The notes under the pieces are model-generated. The model was not told where the DNA came from. It saw only the letters and a list, made by a program, of their open reading frames with translations, and did not search any database. The translations under genes were made by a program, and so were the position numbers. Below are positions 10,107-20,191 of a DNA stretch of 64,000 nucleotides, one piece after another (position 1 is the first letter of the stretch; every line of letters starts with the position of its first letter). Origin of the DNA: a virus; the IMG/VR virus record IMGVR_UViG_3300008261_003175, one strand, 5' to 3'.

Positions 10107-11750
10107 ATGAAGAAAAATAAATTTAAAATAATAATACCTTCATATAATAATGAAGATTGGGTCGAATATAATTTAGCCAGTATAATAAATCAAACGTACG
10201 ATAATTACGAAGTATTATATGTTGACGATTGTTCTACTGATAATACTAACGAATTAGTACACTCTATTGTAGGAACCAACAATAAATTTACGATTATTAG
10301 AAATGAAAAAAGAAAAGGAAAAGAACATTTCTATAACTATGTAAGATTTTTTGATTCTTTAGAAGATGATGAGATTGCAGTATTTGCATGCGGAGACGAT
10401 TGGCTTATGAATGATAGCGTTTTAGAGAATTTAAACAATTTCTACAACGAAAAAAATTCTTGGATGACATACGGACAATTTTATGTTTTTGATGGGTCTG
10501 ATAATGCAATAAAAGCCAATCCACAAAACACTCCATATCCAGATTTTATTCACGAATATAAATTATATAGAAGAGACGTTTGGAGAGCGAGTCATATGCT
10601 GACATTAAAAGGATTTTTAGTAAAAGCGATTGATCAAAAAGATTTTATATCAAGTATAGATAACATGTATTTTCATCATGCTTGCGATTTATCTCTAGCA
10701 TATCCGTGCTTAGAAATGTGTCCAAAAGAAAAGATTGGAGTTGTAGATTTTCCTACTTACGTATGGAACAATAGTAAATCTTGTAGACAAAGAACAGATG
10801 AAAGGGAATCATCAGATAATCAAAAATACGAATTAGAAATAAGAAATAAAAAACACTATAAGGAAGGACTTTCAGGAGAAAAGTTACCCCAAATAAACGC
10901 TATTGGAGGAGGTAGAGAGAATAATAGCATGCCAAAAAAATTCTCGTATGTACAAGATTTGCAAGACGGAGAATTTGATTTATCTTTAATATGCGATACA
11001 GATATTATAAGATATATAAATGGAGATATTATTATTAATAGAGGAAAGATAGTTGCAGACGTGCACGAACCAGCACACTTACATAATCAAAAACTAGTTC
11101 ATCAAGCATTAATTCATCATTATGAAAAATTTGATGCAATATTGACTTATGATGAAGAGTTATTAAAATTACCAAATTCTATTTTTAGAAATGGGGGCGG
11201 TGAAGTTCTATTGACTAAACAAAATTATTCACAAGGCTATCCTGTATATGTAAATGAAAGTTTATTTTCTATATATGAAAAAAATAAATTAGTATCATTC
11301 ATAACCTCTAATAAAACATTTACTGATTGGCATAGATTTAGAACAGAGTGTGTAAATTATCTTTTAAAAAATAATCAGAAGTTTGATTTATATGGAGTAG
11401 GATACAATGAAATAAATCAAAAAATTTTAGGATTAAAAGATTATTATTTTTCCATTGCAATAGAAAATGGAAATCAAAAAAATTATTTTACGGAAAAAAT
11501 ACTAGATTGTTTTTTAACTGGAACGATACCGATATATAAAGGTTGTCCTAACATAGATGATTTTTTTGATAAGAATGGGATAATCACATTTAACGATAAA
11601 GAAGAATTATTAGAAATATTAGATAATTTAACTCCTGAAATCTACCAATCAAAATTAGATAGTATAAAAAATAACTATGAAACTGCTTTAAAATGGAGGT
11701 GGGATAATGATATATATTTCGATAAATTTTTAAAAAATATAATAAAATAA
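10107..11750 (+). CDS. Bifunctional GT2 + GT10-like (alpha-1,3-fucosyltransferase-like) glycosyltransferase
   Basis: IIIPSYN..VDDCSTD..GDDWL; C-terminal YYFSIAIENG..YFTEKILDCFLTGTIPIYKG; GTG at 10101 is an alternative start. Confidence 0.85.
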   Translation: MKKNKFKIIIPSYNNEDWVEYNLASIINQTYDNYEVLYVDDCSTDNTNELVHSIVGTNNKFTIIRNEKRKGKEHFYNYVRFFDSLEDDEIAVFACGDDWLMNDSVLENLNNFYNEKNSWMTYGQFYVFDGSDNAIKANPQNTPYPDFIHEYKLYRRDVWRASHMLTLKGFLVKAIDQKDFISSIDNMYFHHACDLSLAYPCLEMCPKEKIGVVDFPTYVWNNSKSCRQRTDERESSDNQKYELEIRNKKHYKEGLSGEKLPQINAIGGGRENNSMPKKFSYVQDLQDGEFDLSLICDTDIIRYINGDIIINRGKIVADVHEPAHLHNQKLVHQALIHHYEKFDAILTYDEELLKLPNSIFRNGGGEVLLTKQNYSQGYPVYVNESLFSIYEKNKLVSFITSNKTFTDWHRFRTECVNYLLKNNQKFDLYGVGYNEINQKILGLKDYYFSIAIENGNQKNYFTEKILDCFLTGTIPIYKGCPNIDDFFDKNGIITFNDKEELLEILDNLTPEIYQSKLDSIKNNYETALKWRWDNDIYFDKFLKNIIK

Positions 11751-11752
11751 AT

Positions 11753-12400
11753 ATGACTTTAGGAGCTGCTCTATATGATGCTTTTGGAAAAACATATATT
11801 CTTAATTTGAAAAAGAGTTTAGATAGGAAATTATCTATGGAAAAAAAATGTTCTTTAATTAATTTAAATTATCAATTTTTTGAAGCATTTGATGGAGATA
11901 ATTTTTTATTCCCTTTTTATACGAAAGGAGGATATATGAATCACAATCAATTAGGCGAGATAACAACGTCTAGGTATTATGCAGCTCAATACGCATTAAA
12001 TTATATAATTCATAGAGCAATTAACAATAATATTAAAAGTTTTATTTTTATGAACGATGATGTTTATTTCGATAACTATCATAGTTTCACTGATCAAAAT
12101 TTCCTAGATATAAAAAACAAAATACCTGAAGATTGGGATATTATAGTATTAGGCAGCATGTTTCAAACATATCCTTATACAGGAGATGTAGATTATACGC
12201 CAAATTTATTACATACTCCAGGATGTCACGCATGTGCAATAAATCATACTGTCTATCATGACATCATAGCTCAATCAGCTCCAATAACAAATGTAGTAGG
12301 AGATCATTTAAATGATCATTTAAGAAGTCTAGGTAAAAAAATATATAGTGTCTATCCAGATATTTGTCTTCAAGATAGATCATTCGTAACAACGTGCTAA
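11753..12400 (+). CDS. Glycosyltransferase family 25-like
   Basis: YILNLKKSLDRK..FFEAFDG, MNDDVYF, DWDIIVLG. Confidence 0.78.
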   Translation: MTLGAALYDAFGKTYILNLKKSLDRKLSMEKKCSLINLNYQFFEAFDGDNFLFPFYTKGGYMNHNQLGEITTSRYYAAQYALNYIIHRAINNNIKSFIFMNDDVYFDNYHSFTDQNFLDIKNKIPEDWDIIVLGSMFQTYPYTGDVDYTPNLLHTPGCHACAINHTVYHDIIAQSAPITNVVGDHLNDHLRSLGKKIYSVYPDICLQDRSFVTTC

Positions 12401-12425
12401 TTTAAAAACCAATAAAATTAACTTA

Positions 12426-13394
12426 ATGAAAAAAATAGTATATGTAACTGGATGCCTTGGATTTATCGGATCTTATGTAACAAGAGCGTGTTTAAATAAA
12501 GGCTGGTATGTAAAAGGTGTAGATATGATGACATACGCATCTAATAAAGATCTTTTAAAAGAGTTTAAAAAATATGATAACTTTTCTTTTGTTCATTGTG
12601 ATATAAATGATTTGACATTTTTATATGATTGTGATTATATAATTAATACTGCAGCTGAAACTCATGTTGGAAATTCTATAATGAGCAGTGAAGAATTTGT
12701 ACATTCAAATGTAAATGGAGTTCACAATATTTTAGAACTAATAAAAAATCATAGAGGAGAAAATTCTACAAAGCCAGTATTAATACATTTTAGTACAGAT
12801 GAAGTATATGGAGATATTGAATCTGGAGCTCATACAGAAGATCATTTATTAAAACCAAGTAATCCATATTCAGCAACTAAAGCAGCTGCAGATATGCTTG
12901 TAATGGCTTGGGGTAGAACTCATAAACTTCCATATATGATTGTAAGACCAACTAACAATTACGGTATAGGTCAATATGTAGAAAAACTAATTCCAAAAGC
13001 TATTAAATATTTAAATTTAGGTCGTAAAATACCTTTACATAATAATGGAGAACCATATAGAAATTGGTTGCATGCTTCTGATACAGCTGATGCTGTTATT
13101 ACTTTAATAGAACATGGAATAGTAGGAGAAATCTATAACATAGCTGGAGGATTTGAACAAAAAAATATTGATACTGTTAAACGTATAATTGAAGAATTTA
13201 CAGAAATTAAAAATTGGGAAAATCTTTCAGATTGTAATGATTTTATAGATTTTTCTTATGATAGACTTGGTCAAGATGTAAGATACGCATTAGATGATTC
13301 AAAATTAAGAAATTTAGGTTGGACACCAAAAATAAATTTTTCAAAAGAAATAAAAAATATTGTAGATTACTATAAGAAAAAGTTTATATGGTAA
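12426..13394 (+). CDS. rfbB: dTDP/NDP-glucose 4,6-dehydratase (RfbB/RmlB-like)
   Basis: TGCLGFIGS, AAETHV, STDEVYGD, PSNPYSATKAAAD, TNNYG, EKLIP, RNWLH. Confidence 0.9.
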   Translation: MKKIVYVTGCLGFIGSYVTRACLNKGWYVKGVDMMTYASNKDLLKEFKKYDNFSFVHCDINDLTFLYDCDYIINTAAETHVGNSIMSSEEFVHSNVNGVHNILELIKNHRGENSTKPVLIHFSTDEVYGDIESGAHTEDHLLKPSNPYSATKAAADMLVMAWGRTHKLPYMIVRPTNNYGIGQYVEKLIPKAIKYLNLGRKIPLHNNGEPYRNWLHASDTADAVITLIEHGIVGEIYNIAGGFEQKNIDTVKRIIEEFTEIKNWENLSDCNDFIDFSYDRLGQDVRYALDDSKLRNLGWTPKINFSKEIKNIVDYYKKKFIW

Positions 13395-15169
13395 AAGTAA
13401 GTGATATTATAGCAGACTATTTAAAAGAAAAAAATATAGAGACTGTATTTGGAATTATCGGATCTGCAAATTCTCATATATTTGACTCAATTAATAAATT
13501 AGGCTATACTAAGATAATTAATACTCATCATGAACAAGCTGCAGTCATGGCTATGGGTGCTCACTATAGAGCATCAGGTAAATTATCAGCAGCAATTGTA
13601 ACAGCTGGTGGAGGAGTTACAAATGCAGTTACTGGCATAGTTAGCAATTGGGCTGATTCTATCCCAGGTTTAATTATTTGTGGACAAGAATCTTATAATT
13701 ATGTAACTCAAGATAGTCATTTAAGAATGTATGGAACTCAAGGTTTAAACATTTCAGAAATGGTAAAAGATGTTACAAAAAAAGCCTTAGGTTTTACTAA
13801 TCAAGATGATATTCAAGAAGTGCTAGAGGATTTAGACTTTATTACTTCTACAGGACGACCTGGACCGTGTTTATTAGATGTTCCATTTAATTTACAATCA
13901 AAAATGGTAGAAAAAAGAGATTGGGCATTTCATTTAGCTGATTTTAAGTTTAAGTCTTTAAATACTGAATCGATATCACAGGCTATCAAAGAATCAAAAC
14001 GTCCAGTAATTTTAGGAGGAAACGGAATTAGATTATCTGGGGCTAAAAATAAATTTAATGAATTTATTAATAAAAATAAAATACCTACCCTATTAACATG
14101 GTCAGGAATAGACTTGATAGAATCAGATAATGAAAATTTCTATGGAAGATTTGGATTATATGGACAACGATGCGCAAATTTTATAGTGCAAAATGCTGAT
14201 CTTGTAATTGTGTTAGGTAGTAGATTAGCTTTACCTCAAGTTGGATACGATTTTAGTCAATTTGCTAGAGACGCAAAGATAATTCAAATAGATATTGATG
14301 AACTTGAATTAGCAAAATATCCAACGCATATGAGAATTCAAGCTAATTGTAAACATGTTATAGAAAGCTTAAACGAATGCGATCTAGACAGCTATAGAGA
14401 AGATTGGGTAGCTTATTGTAATAAACTAAGACAAGATTATCCTTGGGTAGAAAAAGCTCATAAAGATAACGGATATTTAAACTCATATAAATTCATAGAT
14501 AGACTATCTAATCACTTAAAAGATGATCATATTATTGTTACAGATATGGGTACAGCGCTATTAAGCGGACATCAATCTATAAAATTAAAGAAAGATCAAG
14601 TGATGTTTACGTCATTAGGTTTAGGAGAGATGGGATATGGTATTGCTGGTGCAATTGGCGCACAATTTGCGTGTCCGAATAAACCAGTACTTTGCTTAAA
14701 TTGTGATGGTGGAATAATGATGAATCTTCAAGAACTTCATACAGTAATAGAGAATGAGCTACCTATAAAAGTAGTTATATTCAATAATGATGGATACCTA
14801 ATGATTAAACACACTCAAAAAATGTTGTTTAAAAATCATTACGTAAGTGTGAATAAAAAAACAGGAATTGGATTACCAAATTTTAGTAAACTTATGCCCG
14901 CATTCGGATATAATTATTATGAATTAAAAGACTGGCAAAATTTTGATTCTACTATAGAAAATTTTTTAAATGATAAAGATGCATCTGTATTAGAAGTATT
15001 CATGGATCCTGAACAAGATTTTATTCCAAAAGTAAAAGGAGTTTTAAAGGAAGATTTAACTATATTTCCTCCTCCAATTGAAGAAATGTCTCCATTACTT
15101 CCTTTAACGGAAATTGAAAATAGCATGATAATACAATTAAGTGAAAAATCTAAACAAATAAAAAGATGA
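13388..15169 (+). CDS. ThDP-dependent carboligase (YerE/acetolactate synthase-like), sugar-branching enzyme
   Basis: HHEQAAVMAMG, GRPGPCLLDVP, GLGEMGYG, CDGGIMMNLQEL..FNNDGY (ThDP motif); inside NDP-sugar cluster. Confidence 0.88.
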   Translation: MVKVSDIIADYLKEKNIETVFGIIGSANSHIFDSINKLGYTKIINTHHEQAAVMAMGAHYRASGKLSAAIVTAGGGVTNAVTGIVSNWADSIPGLIICGQESYNYVTQDSHLRMYGTQGLNISEMVKDVTKKALGFTNQDDIQEVLEDLDFITSTGRPGPCLLDVPFNLQSKMVEKRDWAFHLADFKFKSLNTESISQAIKESKRPVILGGNGIRLSGAKNKFNEFINKNKIPTLLTWSGIDLIESDNENFYGRFGLYGQRCANFIVQNADLVIVLGSRLALPQVGYDFSQFARDAKIIQIDIDELELAKYPTHMRIQANCKHVIESLNECDLDSYREDWVAYCNKLRQDYPWVEKAHKDNGYLNSYKFIDRLSNHLKDDHIIVTDMGTALLSGHQSIKLKKDQVMFTSLGLGEMGYGIAGAIGAQFACPNKPVLCLNCDGGIMMNLQELHTVIENELPIKVVIFNNDGYLMIKHTQKMLFKNHYVSVNKKTGIGLPNFSKLMPAFGYNYYELKDWQNFDSTIENFLNDKDASVLEVFMDPEQDFIPKVKGVLKEDLTIFPPPIEEMSPLLPLTEIENSMIIQLSEKSKQIKR

Positions 15170-16023
15170 TAAAAGCAGGAATTTTAGGAACGGGAAACAT
15201 AGGCACTGATCTTCTATTAAAAATAATCAAAACAGATTTCATTAAACCTGTAATTTTCGCTGGTCGAAGATTAGATTCTGATGGAATAAAAATAGCTCAA
15301 TCAAAAAATATCCCAATCACTGATCAAGGTATAAAATATTTCATAGATAATCCAAATTGTTGTGATGTTGTTTATGATTGTACTAGCGCAGCTGATGCAC
15401 GGGATCATGCTAAAGTATTCAAAAAACAAGGAATCAAAGTTATTGATTTAACTCCGTCTAAAATAGGCGATATGTGTGTGCCAGATGTCAATTCAGAAAT
15501 AATAATTACTGATGATAATATAAATATGATAACTTGTGGTGGACAAGCTTCTATGCCAATGTTACATTTAATTTCAAAAGAATGTAAAGGAATAGAATAC
15601 GTAGAAGTAGTATCTCAAATTGCGTCTAAAAGCGCAGGAATGGCAACGAGAATTAACATAGATAATTATATATACACTACTCAAAAAGCAATAACTAAAT
15701 TCACGGGTTGTACTAATTGTAAAGTAATTCTCAATCTTAATCCAGCAGAACCTTGTGTAGATATGCAAACTACTATTTTTATTAAAACTAAAAATATTAA
15801 CTTTGAAAATCTAACAGAGAAAGTTCTTGATAAAATAGAAGAATTGAAACAATATATCCCATATTATGAATTAGTATTACCTCCAACAATGAATGAAAAT
15901 GGCGTAGTTGTATTGAGTATTAGAGTGAAAGGAATAGGTGACTACCTTCCTTCATACGCAGGTAATCTAGATATAATAAATTGTGCCGCAATTAAAATAA
16001 CTGAAAAATTAATACAAAAATAA
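15166..16023 (+). CDS. mhpF: Acetaldehyde dehydrogenase (acylating), DmpF/MhpF
   Basis: GTGNIGTDL, IDLTP, NMITCGGQA, SKSAG..TRINID, GDYLPSYAGNLDII. Confidence 0.95.
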   Translation: MIKAGILGTGNIGTDLLLKIIKTDFIKPVIFAGRRLDSDGIKIAQSKNIPITDQGIKYFIDNPNCCDVVYDCTSAADARDHAKVFKKQGIKVIDLTPSKIGDMCVPDVNSEIIITDDNINMITCGGQASMPMLHLISKECKGIEYVEVVSQIASKSAGMATRINIDNYIYTTQKAITKFTGCTNCKVILNLNPAEPCVDMQTTIFIKTKNINFENLTEKVLDKIEELKQYIPYYELVLPPTMNENGVVVLSIRVKGIGDYLPSYAGNLDIINCAAIKITEKLIQK

Positions 16024-17018
16024 TGAAAAAAATTATTATAACTGATTCAAGTCTTAGAGACGGAAATCATAGCGTTAAACACACTATAAATTTAGATAGC
16101 ATTGCAAAATATTGTCAATTCGCAGATCGAGCAGGAATACCGATTGTAGAAGTTGGACATGGAAATGGATTAGCTGCATCTTCACTATTAGTAGGTAAAT
16201 CTATTAATACTGATGATGAAATATTGACTGTTGCAAGAAAAAATTTAAAATCTTCTAAATTAGGAATTCATATGATTCCAGGTTTAGCAACTTTAGATCA
16301 CGCAAAAAAAGCAATAGAGTTAGGTGTAGACGTTTTTAGAGTTGCGACTCACTGCACTGAAGCTACATTATCAAAATCGCATATAGAGTATTTAGCTACT
16401 CAGAATATAATAGTTTATGGTGTGTTAATGATGAGTGCGTTAATTACTGCAGACGAATTAGTCGAACAGGCAAAGATCATGGAAAGTTATGGAGCGCAAG
16501 GCATTATTATAATGGATTCGACAGGAACTTATTTACCATCAGACGTGAAAGAAAGAATTACAAAATTAAAATCTAATTTAAAAGTTCCAATAGGTTTTCA
16601 TGCTCATAATAATTTAGGTTGTGCTATCGCAAATTCATTAGTCGCTGCAGAATGCGGCGCTGATTTAATTGATGGTTGTATTAGAGGTTTTGGAGCAGGC
16701 GCAGGAAATGCAGCTTTAGAAGTTTTAATACCAGTATTTGAACAAAGCGGATTTGATTTAGGAATAAATTTTCAAGAAACAATTAAAGAAGCGGATAAAG
16801 TTATGGAATACTTAGTTCCATCCGCGCCTATAACCACTCCAATTAATATACTGACTGGTCTTAAAAAATTATTTTCTGGATTTGAAAAACCTATTGTTAA
16901 TGCTTCAAAATTATATGGTATTGAATATTCATCTTTAATTTTCGAATTAGGAAATAGAAAATTAGTAGCAGGTCAAGAAGATTTAATTTTAGAAGTAGCT
17001 CAAAAATTGAAAAAATGA
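16023..17018 (+). CDS. mhpE: 4-hydroxy-2-oxovalerate aldolase, DmpG/MhpE
   Basis: DSSLRDGNH, EVGHGNGL, RVATHCTEA, GFHAHNNLG, GFGAGAGN, LVAGQEDLI. Confidence 0.95.
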   Translation: MKKIIITDSSLRDGNHSVKHTINLDSIAKYCQFADRAGIPIVEVGHGNGLAASSLLVGKSINTDDEILTVARKNLKSSKLGIHMIPGLATLDHAKKAIELGVDVFRVATHCTEATLSKSHIEYLATQNIIVYGVLMMSALITADELVEQAKIMESYGAQGIIIMDSTGTYLPSDVKERITKLKSNLKVPIGFHAHNNLGCAIANSLVAAECGADLIDGCIRGFGAGAGNAALEVLIPVFEQSGFDLGINFQETIKEADKVMEYLVPSAPITTPINILTGLKKLFSGFEKPIVNASKLYGIEYSSLIFELGNRKLVAGQEDLILEVAQKLKK

Positions 17019-17929
17019 AAATTTTAATTACAGGTGCAAATGGTTTTTTAGGTTCTAATACTATAAAACATTTATTAAAACTAAATCATAAAATACTAGC
17101 ATTTTCAAAAAATTCAAATAATATCATCCAATTATTGAATGATATTAAATTTATAAAATGCGATACAGAAAATTATGTTCCTTATGAATCTATAATTGTA
17201 GACTTTTCTCCTGACATAGTAATTAATTTTGCTTGGGATGGTGGAAATAATTATCAAGACGTAAATAATTTTAATCAATTTTATAAAAATATTCCATTAA
17301 GTTTAAGTTTATTAGAAATAATTAATAAACAAAATAATAAACCTAAATTTATAGGTCTAGGTAGTTTTGCAGAATATGGAAACCTTGAATTTAAAGCAGA
17401 TGAAGATCAACAAGAGAAACCGATAAATTTTTATGGTTTATCAAAAAAACAAGTTAAGGAAATCACTGAGGCTTATTGCATTCAAAATAATATTAAATAT
17501 AATTGGATAAGACCGTGTTATGTGTATGGTCCAGGAGATGTATCTACAAGATTAATTCCAACTATAATCAATAAAGCACTATCAAATGAAGAGATCATAT
17601 TAAATAGTTGCGAAACTATTATAGATTATATCTATATAGATGACTTTTGTCAAGCGGTAACAGAGTTAGTTCAATCATCTACACAGAATGGGGCATATAA
17701 TATATGTTCATCTAATGAATATGTTTTAAAAAATGTAATAAAAGAAATTCAAAAAAATATTTCTAATGATGTGAAAATAAGTTTTGATAAAAGTTTAGAT
17801 CGAAAATTTTCATCAAAATACATATGCGGTTCCAATTCAAAAATAAAAATAGAAACAAATTGGACGCCAAAAATTAAAATTGAAGATGGAATAAAAAATA
17901 CTGTAAATTACTATAAAACAAAAATATAA
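17015..17929 (+). CDS. Extended SDR NDP-sugar ketoreductase/epimerase (YerF/RfbJ-like)
   Basis: GANGFLG, INFAW, GSFAEYG, YGLSK (YxxxK), RPCYVYGPG. Confidence 0.85.
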   Translation: MKILITGANGFLGSNTIKHLLKLNHKILAFSKNSNNIIQLLNDIKFIKCDTENYVPYESIIVDFSPDIVINFAWDGGNNYQDVNNFNQFYKNIPLSLSLLEIINKQNNKPKFIGLGSFAEYGNLEFKADEDQQEKPINFYGLSKKQVKEITEAYCIQNNIKYNWIRPCYVYGPGDVSTRLIPTIINKALSNEEIILNSCETIIDYIYIDDFCQAVTELVQSSTQNGAYNICSSNEYVLKNVIKEIQKNISNDVKISFDKSLDRKFSSKYICGSNSKIKIETNWTPKIKIEDGIKNTVNYYKTKI

Positions 17930-17930
17930 A

Positions 17931-18575
17931 ATGGAATCATTGACAACAATAAAAGATAATAAGTGGATTTGGCCAATAAATGATGAAAGTAGTTGGCGAG
18001 GGCAAAATGAATATCAAGATTTACATACGCACATATTGCCATATGTAAAAACAAAAAATGTTATGATACAAGCCGGCGGAAATTGCGGATTTGTGTTAAG
18101 TAAATTTGTAGATCATTTCAAAACTGTTTATACATTTGAACCAGATCCAATTAACTTCTATTGCTTAAATCAAAATGTTACTCAAAATAATGTAATAAAA
18201 ATGCAATGTTGTTTAGGTTCAGATAATAATCCAGTAAAAATTCAACAATTAATTAGACCTGATAAATTACACGATACAGGAGGAGTTCATATTGCAGGAA
18301 CCGGATATACACCATCTATAACTATAGATAGTTTAAATTTACCTGAATGCGATCTTATTCAATTGGATGTAGAAGGATTTGAATTAAATGCGTTAATAGG
18401 TGGTTTAAAAACAATAGAAAAATTCAAACCTATTTTATGTATTGAATTTTGTGAAAAGTGGTTAAATAGGTATGATAGTAGTTCTGAAAAAATGGAAAAT
18501 CTTCTTAACGACTTAGAATATGAATATAAAGAAACATGCGGAGTAGATAGAATATATGCGCACAAAAATAATTAA
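17931..18575 (+). CDS. FkbM-family methyltransferase
   Basis: IQAGGNCG, FEPDP, LIQLDVEGFE..ALIG..PILCIE. Confidence 0.9.
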   Translation: MESLTTIKDNKWIWPINDESSWRGQNEYQDLHTHILPYVKTKNVMIQAGGNCGFVLSKFVDHFKTVYTFEPDPINFYCLNQNVTQNNVIKMQCCLGSDNNPVKIQQLIRPDKLHDTGGVHIAGTGYTPSITIDSLNLPECDLIQLDVEGFELNALIGGLKTIEKFKPILCIEFCEKWLNRYDSSSEKMENLLNDLEYEYKETCGVDRIYAHKNN

Positions 18576-19844
18576 ATGATAACGTTTGCTACAAATACAT
18601 CTAATAATACTTTAGAATATACTAAAATTCTTTTGCAATCTCTTAAAGAGAATCTAGACAATAAAGAACATGAGATTTTAGTTTTTATAGATTCTGATAA
18701 CGATGGCACATTAGAATATCTAAGGTCAATAAAATCAGATTTCTATGATCTTAAAATAATAACTCATAAACTTTCCCCTATAATTGGACCAGAAAGAAAC
18801 TGCAATCTTATTGTTGATTTAGCAAAATACGATATCGTTAGTTATTTGCAGAGTGATATGGTAGTATCTAAACATTATGATACTGAAATTCTAAAAAATT
18901 TAGAAACCAATACTATAATGAGTTCTACTAGAATAGAACCTCCATTGCATAGCAATTCAGATATAACATTTACTGCTAATTTTGGATTATCACCGAATGA
19001 ATTTAAATTTGATGAATTTGTTAAATACGCTGAAACAATTAAATCAAATAAGCAAATAGATTATTTCTTTGCGCCATATACTTTTCATAAAGAAACATGG
19101 AATAAAATGGGAGGATACGATACAGTATTTAGAAGATCTAGATGCGATTCTGATTTAGTTCAGAGATGCAAACATTTAGGAATACAGTTAAAGCAAACAT
19201 ACTCTGCAAATGTATATCATTTCACATGCGTATCTTCAAGAGGAAAAAATTGGTTTGACCAATCTAATCAAGAAGCTCAAGATAGAGTAAAATTACAAAA
19301 CTATGCAGATCAAATTGAGTTGAGAAGATTTTTTAAAAAGTGGGGAAATTTTAATCACGGAGAAAATTTAATAAAAAAGTATGATTGTGATTTAGTGATA
19401 AAAGGATCCAAGAATCAGGTAAATGTTGCTTATCAATTAGAACCGTTTTTTACAAGAGTTTTTGTAGAATTAGAGGATCACAAGAATCAATTGATTCAAG
19501 CCCATGATGATCAACATCAACCAGCAAATGAACTATATAATTTTACAGAGCAAAATTGGAAAGAATCTAGTCAGTATTATAATCAAATAGACTATTCTCA
19601 AATTTATTTTGTAGGAGAACCTGAAAATTATAACGCAAAAATAATATTGGATTTGGATAGCAATGAATATAACATGTTAACTCAAGAAACGCTACTAAAT
19701 CTCTCTCACTTGATAGAGCAAACAGAGCCTGGGGATTATCAATCAGGAAATTGCATAATATCGATAAGAGAAGCGAAAGACATTACTCCTCCATTCAAAG
19801 TAGAAAATCCGCCTTTCGATATGAGTTTATTAACTATAGAATAA
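18576..19844 (+). CDS. Glycosyltransferase family 2 with C-terminal extension
   Basis: VFIDSDNDGT, YLQSDM, GGYDTVF..DSDL..YHF. Confidence 0.85.
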   Translation: MITFATNTSNNTLEYTKILLQSLKENLDNKEHEILVFIDSDNDGTLEYLRSIKSDFYDLKIITHKLSPIIGPERNCNLIVDLAKYDIVSYLQSDMVVSKHYDTEILKNLETNTIMSSTRIEPPLHSNSDITFTANFGLSPNEFKFDEFVKYAETIKSNKQIDYFFAPYTFHKETWNKMGGYDTVFRRSRCDSDLVQRCKHLGIQLKQTYSANVYHFTCVSSRGKNWFDQSNQEAQDRVKLQNYADQIELRRFFKKWGNFNHGENLIKKYDCDLVIKGSKNQVNVAYQLEPFFTRVFVELEDHKNQLIQAHDDQHQPANELYNFTEQNWKESSQYYNQIDYSQIYFVGEPENYNAKIILDLDSNEYNMLTQETLLNLSHLIEQTEPGDYQSGNCIISIREAKDITPPFKVENPPFDMSLLTIE

Positions 19845-19865
19845 TATTTATATAAAACAATATAC

Positions 19866-20174
19866 ATGGAAGCAGTACAACCCAAAGCATCGGTAACTAT
19901 TGACGGAAAGAAACTCGGATTGCTATTCGACGTTAATTCTAATCCTACAAAGAAAGGCGTGAAAATGCATTTTGTATTAGAGGAAAAATTCCAAGATGCA
20001 AGACAGAAACAAGCGTTAGCTTCTAAAATATCTACCGCTCTTCAAACTAAGTTTGGTCAAGCAGGCATAGTTATAGATTACGATGAAAGATCTCCATACG
20101 AAAATGCGATATCGTACGTAGTGCCTTTGCAATCTGTATCTGAGATCTTGATAAAAGCTTTAAAAGGTCAATAG
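19866..20174 (+). CDS. Hypothetical protein (putative late gene)
   Basis: ATATTTAT at 19844-19851 upstream. Confidence 0.65.
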   Translation: MEAVQPKASVTIDGKKLGLLFDVNSNPTKKGVKMHFVLEEKFQDARQKQALASKISTALQTKFGQAGIVIDYDERSPYENAISYVVPLQSVSEILIKALKGQ

Positions 20175-20191
20175 ACAAAAACAAAACAGTT

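Noticed and set aside
13388-15169. Acetolactate synthase for branched-chain amino acid synthesis
   Set aside because: No ilvH/ilvC/ilvD nearby; the sugar-cluster context indicates a YerE-type enzyme.
15166-17018. mhpF/mhpE as an aromatic-compound degradation AMG
   Set aside because: No dioxygenase or hydratase is present; the genes are translationally coupled to NDP-sugar enzymes, so a biosynthetic role fits better.
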